From: the human T2T-CHM13v2.0 reference genome, Homo sapiens
Reading direction: 5' to 3' (one strand)
DNA: 64,000 bases
NCBI RefSeq assembly: GCF_009914755.1
Contig: NC_060927.1
Under the pieces are notes generated by a model. The model was not told the origin of the DNA, ran no database searches, and was given only the letters and a program-made list of their open reading frames with translations. Of this stretch, positions 32,796-50,185 are shown one piece after another; position 1 is the stretch's first letter; each line of letters begins with the position of its first letter. The position numbers and the translations under genes were made by a program.

Positions 32796-33870
32796 CTAGA
32801 AAATTCACAAAGAGAAAAATTAATGAAGGTGAAAAAAATCAGGGGCCAGATCTGAGAATCTATTTACTGATGGACTAAATGAGAGCAGATTTTTTAAAAA
32901 CCTCATAGTGCATTCCTCTAACCCAGTGCTTCTCAGTTTTCAATGTGCCTGTGAGTTACCTAGGGATTTTGTCAAATAAAATGTAGACTCTGGTTCAGTA
33001 AACCAGGGGCAGGCCTGAAATTCTCCATTTCTACCAAATCCCCCCTAATGCTGACACACTTGGTCTGCATTCAAGATACTAACAAACTCAAAAATATGAT
33101 GGAAAATAATATATTTTAATAAAAATAACCCAAACTATAAAACATCTAAGAATTCACTTATAGGAATTATCCACAACATTTATAGGCAGAACAAATGAAC
33201 TCTATTAAAGGACATAAGGGGGGTCTGAACTGAGTGAAAGGATATATACCATGATCATGGATGAGACACCTTAACAATGTAAAAATGTCAATTCTTCCCA
33301 AATTAATCTATATATTCAATACAAAAACAATTTTTAAAAATCAAAATTGCTTAAAGACATGTTCTCTCGGTTCTTCTCATTCCATTTCCCAAAACCACCA
33401 GCTGAGCTTCCATTCTCTCCCTTGTCCCCATAGCATCCAAGGAGTCTCCTTCTCCAGACCCTTCTTGGGCTACCAGAGACCCTAAGAGCAACTGACCTCA
33501 TGCAGGATGGCTGGAGACTCAGGAGTCTGAAGGTGTGGGTTGGAAACCTGGCTTAACCAGGAATTCTGGTTTATCACTTTGTGTAAACCATTTAATTACT
33601 CAGTCACCTTTTTAGGAAACGGAGATAGTCATACCACCTCACAAAGTTATCATTATGAGGATCAAATGAGATAAAATAATGCATGCAGAAAGCTTGATGT
33701 GCAACATGTACTCATAAACACAAGCTACCCCTTCCCTGTTAGCTTAAGTTAGCCTGGATTGCATGAGATCCAGTTTAACTGGATTTACTAAAAAACCTAC
33801 CACGACTCATAGTAGGGCTAGTACAAGAGGGGCTCCACTCCCACCACCCAAAATATCGTTCAATCCTTAC

Positions 33871-33958
33871 TGAATCGTGGAAGAATCGTCCATTTTGAGG
33901 GACTTCTCATATTCCTCACTGTTCTTGGAAGAAGTTTCGGGCTCTGCTTGGTGAGAAC
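33871..33958 (-). CDS. CFAP92: CFAP92 coding exon 5
   Basis: acceptor ctgttttcag|GT, (G)SHQAEPETSSKNSEEYEKSLKMDDSSTI, donor CA|gtaagg; 88 nt, phase 1 to 2. Confidence 0.85.
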
Positions 33959-34469
33959 CTGAAAACAGTAGCAAATATTTCCAAGCTTTTTGTTACATGC
34001 TAGTTCACTAAGAAATGAGGGCCCCTGACCCATTTCTGTAATGTCAGTCTCTATGCAGAAGGCCTGGGATGTGGTAAGGCCTGGGATATTGTTAATAACT
34101 GAGTGAATGAATAAACATACAGACTAATATTTGATTATTTGGATAAATGTAGTCAAGAGGAGACCTCCAGTTCCTTACATAACAGCCCACAGAGAAAAAG
34201 AAGAAAGTCTATTATCTATTAAATTGTCCATTTCAGTCCTGTTTACATTAGAGAATAATGAAAACAGTCCTAAGTTCCCAACCATAGGGAATGGTTAGCA
34301 AATTACAGTCTGCCCAGCAGATGAAATACTACATAGCCACCACACTACAATGTTACATAGATTGCTCCTCGTGATGAAATTGTTTTCCCTGTTTGTTTTA
34401 TACTTTTATCTATTCACTGAATTTTCTAAAAACCACATATACAACTTCCACAGTCAGAAAAGTTTTTCG

Positions 34470-34904
<435 letters not shown>

Positions 34905-34936
34905 TCAGCTTGTCCACAAAGGCCTTCTCCGCTCAC

Positions 34937-35077
34937 CTTGCAAAGACTTTGGGTGTTTTTCTGTTTTTTCTTGTTTTCCTGGCGGATGTTCCTGGTTCGA
35001 CTCTTCTCTGACAATGTTGGTATTCTCAATGCCCTGTTCAGATAATTTTCTCTGATTTAAAACCAAATGTCTCACTT
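34937..35077 (-). CDS. CFAP92: CFAP92 coding exon 4
   Basis: acceptor cctgcattctag|AA, (E)VRHLVLNQRKLS...KSLQ, donor G|gtgagc; 141 nt, symmetric phase 1. Confidence 0.85.
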
Positions 35078-35336
35078 CTAGAATGCAGGAGAAGAAAGGA
35101 TCATTGACTCAATCAATCCAAAATATTTATTGAATTAACTACTATGGGCATTTCTTGGAGACACTGGGCGTTCGGTTTCAGACTACACTAAAGTAAATAT
35201 CACAATAAAGTGAGTCATACATTATCTTCCCAGTGCATATAAATTATGTTTATATCATACTGTAGTCTATTAAGTGTGCAAAAGCATTATATCTAAAAAA
35301 AAATGTACATACCTAAGTTTAAAAAATACCTTATTG

Positions 35337-36859
<1,523 letters not shown>

Positions 36860-36860
<1 letters not shown>

Positions 36861-36950
36861 AGAAAAAAGAGAAAAAGAAAGAAAGGAGGGAAGGAAGAAA
36901 GGAAGAAAAGGAGCGAGGGAAGAGAGAAAGGAAGAAAAAGAGAAAAAAAT
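36860..36950. repeat. GA-rich low-complexity tract after L1 tail
   Basis: (GAAA/GGAA)n-like purine run. Confidence 0.7.
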
Positions 36951-36974
36951 ACTTCATTGCTAAAATATATTACA

Positions 36975-37270
36975 GGCTGGGCACAGTGGCTCATGCCTGT
37001 AATACCAGCACTGTGGGAGACTGAGATAAGAGGATCGCTTGAGGCCAGGAGTTCAAGACAAGCCTAGGCAACATGGTGAAACCTTGTTTCTACAAAAAGA
37101 AAAATAGCTGGGCATGGTGGCATGCACCTGTAATTCCAGCTACTCGGGAGGCTGAGGTGGGAGGGCTGCTTGATTCTAGGAGGTCAAGGCTACAGTGAGC
37201 CATGATCACACCACTGCACTGCTGCCTGGGGGACAGAGCAAGACCCTGTCTCAAAAAAAAAAAAAAAAAA
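36975..37270 (+). mobile_element. Alu (J-type) in Tigger1
   Basis: Dimeric Alu with A tail. Confidence 0.88.
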
Positions 37271-37879
37271 AGCTAACACTCATCTGAGCCTGTGGGTAAT
37301 CATCTTTCTGCTGTGGGGGTCTTACCTCAATGTTGACAGCTGCTCAGTGATCAGGATGGTGGGTGCTGAGGGCTGGGTTCACCTCACCATGAATTTGCCT
37401 GCATTGATCAACTCTTCCTTTCATGAACGGTTTCTCTGTAGCATGTGAAGCTGTTTCATAGCATTTTGCCCACAGTAGAACGGCTTTCAAAATTGGAGTC
37501 AATCCTCTCAAACCCTGCCACTTCTTTATCAACTAAATGTGTGTACTATTCTAAATCCTATTGTCATTTCAACAATGTTCACAGCCTCTTCACGAGGAGT
37601 AGATTCCATCTCATCTCAAGAAATCACTTTCTTTACTCATCCCTAAGAAGCAACTCCTCATCTGTTCAAATTTGATCATGAGACTGCAGCAATTCAGTCA
37701 CATCCTCAGGCTCCACTTCTAATTCTAGTTCTCTTGCTGTTTCCACCACATCTGCAGTGACTTGCTCCACTGAAGACTTGAACCCTTCAGAGTCAGCCAC
37801 GAGGGCTGGAATCCACTTCTTCCAAACTCCTGTTAATGTTGATGTTTTTACCTCCTCCCATGAATCACAGATGTTTTAA

Positions 37880-38614
<735 letters not shown>

Positions 38615-41087
38615 TGAAAGTCAAAATTACTCCTTGATCCACAGGCTGTAGCATGGATGTTGAAACCAAAGTCACCTCTTTGTACACCTCCATCAGAGAC
38701 CTCAGGCAACCAGGTGCATTATCAATGAGCAGTCATATTAGAAAGGAGTCTTTTTCTAAGCGGTAGGTGTCAAGAGTTGGCTTTAAATATTCAGTAAACC
38801 ATGCTATAAACAGATGTGCTGTCATCCAGGCTTTGTTGTTCCATTTCTAGAGCACAGGCAGACTTAGCATCATTCTTAATAGGCTCTAGGGTTCTGGGAA
38901 TGGTCAATGAGCATTGGCCTCTACTTTAAGTCACCAGCTGCACTGTCCCTATCAAGAGAGTCAGCCTGTCCTTTGAAGCCAGGCATTGACTTCTCTCTAG
39001 CTATGAAAGTCCTAGATGGCAGCTTCTTCCAGTAGAAGGCTGTCTCATCTACTCTGAAAATCTGTGGCTTAGTGTAGTTGCCTTCATCAGTGATCTTAGC
39101 TAGATCTCCTAAACAACTTGCTGCAGCTTCTCCGTCAGCACTTGCTGTTTCACCTTACACTTTTATGTTACGGAGATGGCTCCTTTCCTTAAACCTCATA
39201 AACCAATCTCTGCTAGCTTCAAAGTTGTCTTTTGCAGCGTCCTCACCTCTCTCAGCCTTCATGGAACTGAAGAAAGTTAGGGCTTTGCTCTGGATTAGGC
39301 TTCAGTTAATATTGTGGCTGGTGTGATCTTCTATCCAGACCATTAAAACTTCCTCTGTATCAGCTATAAGGCTGTTTCACTTTCTTATCATTCCTGTGTT
39401 CACTGGAGTAGCACGTTTAACTTCCTTCTAGAACTTTTCCCTTACATCCTCAACTTGGCTAACTGTTCAGCACAAGAGGCCTAGCTTTCATCCTATCTAG
39501 GCTTTTCGATGTGGCTTCCTCACTAAGCTTAATCATTTCAAGCTTTTGACTTAAAGGGAGAGATGTGCAAGGCCTCCTTTCACTTGAACACTTTAGAGGC
39601 CATTGTAAGGTTATTAATTGACCTAATTTTGGTATTGTGTATCTCAGGGAATAGGGAGGCCTGAAGAGAGGGAGAGACAGGAGAATGGCCGATCACTGGA
39701 ACCCTGTGTTCTGGAGTCAGAACACACACAGCATTTATCAGTTAAGTTCACCGTTTCACACACATGCAGTTCGTGGCACCTCCAAACATTTACAATAGTG
39801 ACTTCAAAGATCACAGATCGCAGATCACCAAAGCAGATATAATAAGTGTGAAAAATCCGAGAATTATCAAAATGTGACAGAGACACAAAGTGAGCACACG
39901 AGGTTGAAAAAACGGCGTCAATAGACTTGTTCAACACAGGGTTGCCACAAACCTCCAATTTGGAAAACGCATGATCTCTGTGAAGCCCAATAAGGCAAAG
40001 CATTATCAACCAAGGTATGCCTATAAGTGACACTCACTTTCCTCTGAAGAAGATGAAGCAATGGATAAGGCCCCTGTTCTCCTGGAGCTGCTGCCTCCAA
40101 ATTCCAGGAAACTCAAAACAATAAGCACACATGTCTGGGATAGGCACACATGTTGAGGTTCTCAGACCTCAGCAGGCCAGCAGCCTCCTCCAAATGCGAG
40201 CATTGAGCCTGTGACATGTGCTGCCCCACTCGCTCCTAGAATTCCACTTTAAGGAGGGCAGTAACATTCCCCATCTCACAGATGAAGATCTGACACTGAA
40301 GTAACTTTCCTGTGGTCAGAGAGGTAGTCCTTAACAAAGCCAGGACTGCACTCAGAGTGCCTTGTCCCCAGCCAGAGTGTCAGCTCCTCAATGCCTTTCA
40401 TTTCTATCCCTAGAGGCCTCGCATGCACATGGCAGCCACCAAGAATGGGTAGGATAATGAATGAATGGAGGAAGTGAATTGACAAATGGAGATGAAAGAC
40501 GCTACAAGAAAGAAGTGGAAAAAAGGAGGTGAAATTGGATTCAGTGTTGAATTATAGATAACATTTTTGGGGAAAGAGATGAGGCTGGGAGCCGTGGAAG
40601 AATGCCCAGCTGGCTGGAGGCAGGCCTTACCACAAGGGAGAGCCACGTGTCTGCAGGGACCAGGAGGTGGGCTGTGGTGTGAAGGGGCAGTGGCAGTGAG
40701 GAGGAGGCTTGGAAACAGATTGTAAAATGCCTTCAAGGCCAGAACCACTTGGTTCTCTAAAGGCCCTGGGGCAGCCATGAACAGCTGCAGAGCAAGGCAG
40801 CACCAGGGCCGAAGGGGAGACAGAGAAAGGCCAGGCCGGCAGGAGAGAGGAGGGGGAACAAACCTGAGTGCAGAGAAAGCCAGAGGGCAGGAGGGAAAAG
40901 ACAGCTGGGCAGAGAGCTCTCAAGAACAACAGGCGGGGGACACCCACTGGGCACCAGGTGGGGGTGCCCAGAATTGAGAGCATAGGAGTAATTAAATATG
41001 ACTGGGGGGCTTTGAAAAGAATGCTGTCTTCATCCAGTCCTGAGAAATCGAGCAGACGAGCAGATTAAAGGGAAAAGAAATGCTGAG

Positions 41088-41632
41088 TGTGATGGTTAAT
41101 ACTAAGTGTCAACTTGATTGAAGGAATGCAAAGTATTGATCCTGCTTGTATCTGTGAGGGTGTTGCCAAAAGAGATTAACATTTGAGTCAGTGGACTGGG
41201 AGAGGCAGACCCACCCTCAAGCTGGGTGGGCACCATCTAATCAGCTGCCAGCATGGCTAGAAGAAAGCAGGCAGAAGAACATGGAAGGAGCTGACTTCCT
41301 GAGTCTTCCGGCCTTCATCTTTCTCCCATGCTGGAGGCTTCCTGCCCTCAAACATCAGCCTCCAAGTTCTTCAACTTTTAGACTCTTGGACCTACACCAG
41401 TGGTTTGCCGGGGGGCTCTCAGGCCTTCGGTCACAGACTGAAGGCTGCACTGTCGGCCTCCCTATTTTTGAGGTTTTGGGACTCGGACTGGCTTCCTTGC
41501 TCCTCAGCTTGCAGACGGCCTATTGTGGGACTTCACCTTGTGATCATGTGAGTCAATACTCCTTAATAAACTCCCTTTCATATATACATCTATCCTATTA
41601 GCCCTTCCCTCTAGAGAACACTGACTAGTACA
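41088..41632 (+). mobile_element. Solo HERV-L LTR, MLT2A (MLT2A2-sized)
   Basis: TGTGATGGTTAATACT...GACTAGTACA, 545 bp, perfect TSD ctgag. Confidence 0.85.
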
Positions 41633-42061
41633 CTGAGTCAGATTAGGATGTTTCTTCAAGACCAGCAGGCTGAATGCTAACAAGTTCTGGCATGTGACCT
41701 ACCAGGCATCCAAGAAACATCCTATCCCCTTCATAACATGAGACAGAACTCTTACAGCATTTCTGCACTCCCAAGAAATAAGAGTTTCTGTAAGAAATCT
41801 TTTTACGTGAGAAAAGGCAGGACTTAAGACAACATGTACACTAGATTCACAGGAAAAATGTTAACAATGGCTATCTCTGGACAGGAATCATGTGGTTTTA
41901 ATTTTTTCTCTTTTTTGCTAGGTGATATCTAAATTGTTTTACAAAGTGAATTCGCACTGCTTTTTTAATGGGGAAAAACTTATTTAAATAAGAAGCAGTG
42001 ATGCTAAGCTTGGGACAGGGTTCAGGAAGGAGCAGGTGCTGTCATTGCAACGTTTCACAGT

Positions 42062-42358
42062 GCTAGGCATAGTGGCTCACGCTTGTGATCCCAGCACTTT
42101 AGGAGGCCAAGGCAGGAGGATTGCTTAAGACCAGGAGTTAGAGACCAGCTTGGGTAACACAGTAAGACTCAATCTCTATAAAAGATAAAATTTAAAAAGT
42201 AGCCATGTGTGGTGGCACATACCCGTGGTCCCAGCTACTCAGGAGGCTGAGGCAGGAGGAATCACTTGAGCCCAGGAGCTCAAAGCTGCAGTAAGCTATG
42301 ATCACATCACTGTACTCCAACCTGGGCAACAGAGTGAGACTGTCTCAATCAATCAATA
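42062..42358 (+). mobile_element. Alu (J-type)
   Basis: Dimeric Alu, (CAAT)n tail. Confidence 0.85.
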
Positions 42359-42714
42359 AGAATACTCATAGCAGGAGGCCCTAGAACACCTTTTCTCCTT
42401 CCTTTTCTGGCCACCAAATTCCCTTTACCCACCCAAACTTTGCTACTATGGCCCTTCCTCCAGGAATCCTTCCTGATACTCCCACCTCAACACCCTACTC
42501 CAGTGAAAGCCCACTGCAGGGCAGATACTAACCAGAAAGTCTGGCTCAGCAGATCCAAACAGGCCTGGAATCTGCATGTAAGCATCTGATGCAGGTGGTC
42601 CACAACCCACACTTTGAGGACATGGTTCTTTCCTATAGTCCAGGTGAGAAAAATTACCTTGAATCCCATTTTCTCACACTGGAAGCCTACGACTTGTAGT
42701 GTAGGTATATATAT

Positions 42715-42925
42715 CAGTGTTTCTCAGCCAGGGGTGATTTTGACCCCCAGGGAACATCTGGCAATGTCTGAAGAAATCTGATTGTCACAACTGGCAGGCT
42801 ACTACTGGCAGCTAGTGGGTAGAGGCCAGAAATGCTGCAAAACACCCAGCAATCCACAGAACAGCCCCCACAGCGAGGAATTATCTGGCCCAAAATGTCA
42901 ATAGTGCCAAGAGTAAGAAACCCTG
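42715..42925 (+). mobile_element. MER20 (hAT-Charlie MITE)
   Basis: cagtgtttctcagccaggggtgattttg...atgtcaatagtgccaag..tgagaaaccctg-like ends. Confidence 0.8.
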
Positions 42926-43123
42926 GACATAAATGAAAGACTGAAAGTGGGAAGTTCCAAGCCTCCAAGGTCAGAAAGGCTCCTTGAGAAGGTGGGCTGG
43001 AAAATCAGAGAAAAGCAAGGCTTTCCAGCCACACAAAATTGAGGATAATTATACTCGTCTGGAAGGTGCTGACAACGATAATAGTACCATATATCATTGA
43101 TTCTAATATGTACATCTGTTTTA

Positions 43124-43402
43124 CTTTTTTTTTTTTTTTTGAGATAAGGTCTTGCTCCATCACCCAGGCTGGTGTGCAGTCGTACAAACACAGCTTACTG
43201 AAGCCTCGACCTCCCAGGATTAAGCAATCCTCCCACTTCAGCCTTCCAAGAAGCTAGAATTACAGGAGCACGTCACCATGCTGGGCTGATTTTTAAATTT
43301 TTTATAGAGACAGGGTCTTGCCACGTTACCCAGGCTGGTCTCAAACTCCTGCCTCAGCCTCCCAAAGTGCTGGGATTACAGGCATGAGCCACTGTACCTG
43401 CC
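43124..43402 (-). mobile_element. Alu (J-type)
   Basis: Alu with polyT. Confidence 0.85.
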
Positions 43403-43761
43403 TTTTTTTAATTTTTAACATCTCTAAGCATCAGGATGCATCTTACAATTAATGCCATGTCATAGTTTAGTTAGTAGCATTTAATTACAGTTCTTAAATT
43501 TTCTATAGACAATGCACACCCTCATTGCTTGCACCCAGGTAGACCACGCCGGTCAACCTGCCTCCAGTATTCCAGTGAAGCAGGTACTAGTTATTTTTCC
43601 TTTTTTACAGATGAGAAACGTATGTTCAGGAACATGCCCAAGTCACCAACAAGTACAAGATGGAGACAGGACTGAATTCTACCGTCTGGCTTCAAAGCCT
43701 GCATCTTTCCATCCCTCCTGGCTCTCTCCTTCAAAATGAGTTCAAAAGACTTTCTGACATT

Positions 43762-44115
<354 letters not shown>

Positions 44116-44498
44116 TTAAGACAATTGGCTTGGGGTGGTGGGATTTTTAAGTTTTCTCTTTTGTTCCTTGGTATCCTCTAAGTTTGTTTTTTGTTTTTTT
44201 TTTTCAGTGAACATATAATACTAGTCCAGACCGGTGATGGGTGCCTGTGTCAGAGCTGCCCTGGAATGAAAGGGCCCAAAAGGTGGAGTTTCAAGAACAC
44301 TGCCCACCACACCCTCACTCCCCTATGTGGCGCTTCCTGTCACCACAGCATGGCCTGGTGGGATGCCCTGCAACATCTGCAAAACCCGTGTGTGCACATG
44401 CCAATTAGATGAAGGAAACCAGGAGACACTGGCTTTTATGCTGTTACTAGTGAGTAAGCCCCAGGCTTCCAGAACCATTTCAAATAAAACCAGAGCAC

Positions 44499-44712
44499 CT
44501 GACTTATGAAAAGCTCCCACGTCGTCTGTGAAGCCGGCAGTCTTTAATCGGTAATATCTGACTTTTCTTGACATCTTGTCTTTAGTGTTCCAGAGCCTCA
44601 AGGTGATTTTGTGGAAATTTATTTTCTTTAATAATTCCTTTGTCACAGTGATATTAAAAGTCTGCTCCCACGACACCCAGGCTTTGTCACCTTCGTGCCA
44701 CGGCTTCACAGT
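44499..44712 (-). CDS. CFAP92: CFAP92 coding exon 3
   Basis: acceptor ttttacacag|ACT, TVKPWHEGDKAWVSWEQTFNITVT...AFHKS, donor G|gtgctc; 214 nt, phase 0 to 1. Confidence 0.9.
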
Positions 44713-45141
44713 CTGTGTAAAACAACATTCAGAGATGTCAACTGGGGAAAGATGTGCAAAGGCCGTGGCGAACAGAGCAAGCCCCAGCCCCAGCCTGGCC
44801 CTCAGCAGCAGCGCTGCCTGACTTCAGTGCCTGGTCACTCTCCAGGCTCTGAGCTCAGGGAAAATGGGGCGTTGTGTGCTGGGCCCTGTCAGACTTTTGA
44901 ATTCCTTAGGAAGAATAAAATCAAAGTAATTACCTGCAAATAGCATCCTCCTCGATTGCTTCTAAGCAATGACCCAGGGCCAAACCACTGGCAGGAGTGT
45001 GTGTGTGCAGGTAGTGTGTACACACACATGCACACACACGTCTGCACACATGCACACACACAGAAAAAAGAAATCTCAAGAACTACAAAAACTTTTGAAA
45101 CATTCTGGAAATTACTGGGTAAAATATCTAAATAAAAAATA

Positions 45142-45437
45142 GGCCAGGTGCGGTGGCTCACGCCTGTAATCCCAGCACTTAGGGAGGCCAACGCGGGAGG
45201 ATGACTTGAGGTCAGGAGTTCGAAGCCAGCCTGGCCAACATAGTGAAATCCCGTCTCTACTAAAAGTACAAAAACTAGCTGGGCATGGTGGCTCGTGCTT
45301 GTAATTCCAGCTACTCAGGTGGCTGAGGCATGAGAATTGCTTGAACCGGGAGGCAGAGGTTGTGGTGAGCAAAGATTGCACCACTCTACTCCAGCCTGGG
45401 CAACAGAGCAAGACTCTGACTCAACAAAAAAAAAAAA
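45142..45437 (+). mobile_element. Alu (S-type)
   Basis: Dimeric Alu with A tail. Confidence 0.9.
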
Positions 45438-45610
45438 GTCAGTAATTGGAATGATCAGGCCAGTGCAGATTCCCACTCAGGAGGTGGGGCCCGGGATCCT
45501 CCAATTCTAGCAAGCTGGAGGTGGAGCTGATGTTGCATATCCATGGAGCAGCACACTTTTCGTGATGAGCATCAGACCATACACAAGGCCACACACACTC
45601 ACACACGCAC

Positions 45611-45801
45611 CTTTACTCCTGACTCCAGGAATACTTTGGCCACCATTGGAAATAGCAATATGTCAACTTTTTTAGGTTCTTCATCGTCCGGCAGAAGGAA
45701 ATACTCAATGTGGTAAAAACGACGCATCTTTGTAACAGAACTGTCTGTTTTAGGGTGTTTCTTATATTTTTCAATCAAACTTGCATATTTTCCCTTCTGA
45801 C
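45611..45801 (-). CDS. CFAP92: CFAP92 coding exon 2
   Basis: acceptor atcttcaag|GT, (G)QKGKYASLIEKY...FYHIEYFLLPDD...LESGVK, donor AAG|gtgcgt; 191 nt, phase 1 to 0. Confidence 0.9.
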
Positions 45802-46992
45802 CTTGAAGATACAGATTGAAAAAGTCTCGTTTTAACCTCATGTGGAAAAGCAGACCCGTCTCCCCAGTTCCCTGGAGCTTGATGTTGTGAGAGGCTGAGC
45901 ACTCCACATTGCCTGCCCGACTTGGGGAAGGAGGTACAGGTCCAGTGCTCCTAGCCAGCAGAGTAGCACGACCTGGACTGGGCACCTGAGTGCAAAATTT
46001 AGGTGCATGGTTTTCAGAGTGAGTGTCTCAGTTGGAGAGTGAGTGTTGGTTAGTAGGCCTAGGGTTAAAAAGGTGATAGAGTTAAAGTGAAATCACATGG
46101 CCAGGCCAGATGTTATTAGGAGAGACGCCATACTTGCCTTACCCTGGTCCCTCCTGGCCCTAAGAAGCAGGTAAAAAAAAAAAAAAAAAAATCACAGTAC
46201 AATGTGATTTGTGCAATAATAGCAGCAGGAACAAGGTTGTGAAGAACGAAGGTGGAGGAGAAAACTCTGCATGGGGAGGGTGGGGTGGGCCTCCCAGGGG
46301 GACCTTAGCAGAGTCTTAGAGGAGCAAAGCTGGCAGATATTCCAGACAGACAGAGAAAGCAGCTTCACAAAAATGTCATGGGTGAAGCTACCCAATGCGG
46401 GGTGGATAGGGTGACAGGATGTGGAAGGTACAGATGGGCTTCTGCCAGAGTCCAGAGCCCAAGGAGCCCCCTGACCCCACCCCTGGTTGCTTACACTCCA
46501 GCTTAAACTGCACACTCTAGGTTGGGGCTTTTCACATCATAAGAAGCTCCATAAACATTTAATCCAAATATCATTCTATAAAAACATGACTATCTTTAAA
46601 GCTGTAGTTTTTAAAGTCTAAATTTTTAACCCCAGGAGACTGCTGCAGCATTAATTTTTCTGCTACCAAAATAGTTAGCATTTGTGCAGAGATTGGAGTG
46701 AAGCTTCTCCTGCCAGTCTCTGGTAGCATTAGACCTTTTCTGATTCAATCCCAGGTGGGCCAGCAAGTGGACAAACAGAGCCTCTCATTTTCTGTAGACA
46801 GAAAGGCAAGTTATTTAGCCCTTTTAAAGGGGAAGTTGACAATATCTATCAAAAACTATTAATACATGCCTTCAATCCAGCAAATTTACTTCTTGGAATA
46901 CAGGCAACAGAAGTGCCCACATATATGCACAAAAATGGACGTAAAGAATGTCTATCGCAGAATTGCAACAGAAAAACATTTGAAACAACTCA

Positions 46993-47836
<844 letters not shown>

Positions 47837-48271
47837 TCAGGTATTGAAGGAAAAAAAAATTAAACTAGAATTTTATGTAGAGCCGAAGGTATGTCATTTA
47901 AAGGTATTGGCATGATAAAAAAATACTCTTAGGCACACAAGGTCTCATGAAGTTTTGCCCCACAGAGATCCATTTTATAAATGCCTTTAGAGGACAACAA
48001 CAACAAAAACAAAAACACGCTTAGAAGATGCTGTGAAAGAGATGAGGGCTAAAGGAAGTCAAGTGCCAATTTTCTTTTGGTTGGTATTTGCCAGATGTCT
48101 TTTTCCAGGCTCTTTTGCTTTATAGCAATAGACCCAAGAGTAAAGGCATCATTTTAGACAGGAATGGTCACCATAAAATGACAAAAAGTTCAGTTCACCA
48201 AGAAGATGGAGCAGTTCTAAACATACTATACACCCAACCAGTCGGCCTCCAAAATAGCTGAAGCAACCATC

Positions 48272-48669
48272 TGTAAGACTCTCCCCAGGGCCTGAAAGCT
48301 TAAGGAGATGAATAACTCCTCCCTTCTCAAGCCTAGTCCCAAGGCGTAAGGTCACTTACGTCAGCAGCGTGCACCAGCAAAATAGCAGAAGCAGGAGGAG
48401 AGCCGGCTGGAATACACCTACCCTGGCCGGAAGACATGAAGATGAGAAAGAGGCCATCCGGGTACAGCGTAGCAGTTACGCCAGACTAGGACACTTCCTG
48501 TTTACAGGAGACTATAAAACCTTTGCCCCGTCCTCACTTGGGGCTGACGCCATTTTAGGCCTCAGCCGGCCTGCACCAAGGCGTTCATTGAAACAGCATG
48601 TTGCTCCACACCGCCTCGTGTTGTCTGTTGGTGCGCTCTCGGGGTTCCAACCCATACAAGAAACTTACA
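48272..48669 (+). mobile_element. Solo ERV1 LTR, MER48-like (HERVH48)
   Basis: TG...CA termini, 398 bp, perfect TSD ccatc, TATAAAA, R region similar to LTR7; family from recall. Confidence 0.75.
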
Positions 48670-49135
48670 CCATCGACAGAATACCAGGAGAAGTTGAAAT
48701 CATAATGGTGGGCTAGTTCAAGTAAGCAGATGAAAACAAAACAAAGCAAGGTCTATCAAGATGTGAAGTACTACTTGTCTCCTCCCCTCATATTGGGCTG
48801 GAACCATGTGACTTGGTTTGGCCAATAAAATGCTAGCAGGTGGGAGACACTCAAAGACTTGAGGAGTGTTTGTGGGGCTAGGCTTGCCCTCCTGTGTGTC
48901 CGTGTTTCTAGAACAAGAAGGGGTCTAGGATAGCCCACTGGTCCAGGAGGAAAAGGAGCAGCATGAAGCAGAGCTGAGCTGTTGCAGAACCCAGCCTAGA
49001 CCAGCGCCCAGCACCTCCAGGAGAACCTCAGGTTCCTGTGTGCAGCCATGAGCTTGGGGGCTTGTTTGGGTTTGTTGCACCGCATTTTTGTGGCAATAGC
49101 TAATTGATACACCTTTACATTCAGAGATTGATTCA

Positions 49136-49581
<446 letters not shown>

Positions 49582-49923
49582 GAAAATGTATTTTAAACAA
49601 GGTATTAGGTGATGCACAAGCGCTTATGAGAATCAATGCCTTAACCTCTCCATGGTTTTTTTTTCTTCTGTAAAAAGCAGACAGAACATCACCTGCTTTA
49701 GGGTTGTTGAGAGGATTAAGTATGTGAAGCTGATGCAGCCACAGTTGGGCCTCTCCTAAAATTGCTGTTTCTTTTCAACCTCTGCTCCTGGCTGGCACTG
49801 GCCAGCCCGCTTTGGGGTGGGGCAGGTGGAGAGAGGATGTGGGGTGTATGCGCCCTAAACTCCTGCAGAAAGTCATGCACCTCCTTTTTTCAGAGGGTGT
49901 TAAACTTCTGCTCTAGCACCTAC

Positions 49924-50185
49924 CCATATTCACAGGGAAGGCCAGTGAGATGGTGAATTTGCAGGGGACCACGTGGGGCACGTCGGAGCTGAAAGTGCTG
50001 GCAGGCTCAGATGAGGACTCGATGCTGCTGCACGGGCGGTCAGAGTCAGACTCCTGGGCCCTGGCCTTGGCCTTCAGGTGTTCCTCCACGTCACACTCGC
50101 TCGTGGACTGGTAAAAGCTAGTGATGGAGGAGATGGGCTCTATGCTTGCGGGGTCCTCTTCCCACTCCCAGGCATGTAGCGACAT
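49924..50185 (-). CDS. CFAP92: CFAP92 (KIAA1257) first coding exon (exon 50217-49924, ATG at 50185)
   Basis: Translates MSLHAWEWEEDPASIEPISS...FPVNMG, the recognised KIAA1257 N-terminus; acceptor ttctccctgccag at 50218, donor G|gtaggt; 262 nt, phase 1. Confidence 0.9.

Noticed and set aside
40032-40100. Strong minus-strand donor AAA|gtgagt next to the Tigger1 end as a cassette exon
   Set aside because: No convincing polypyrimidine acceptor upstream; exons 3 and 4 already join in frame
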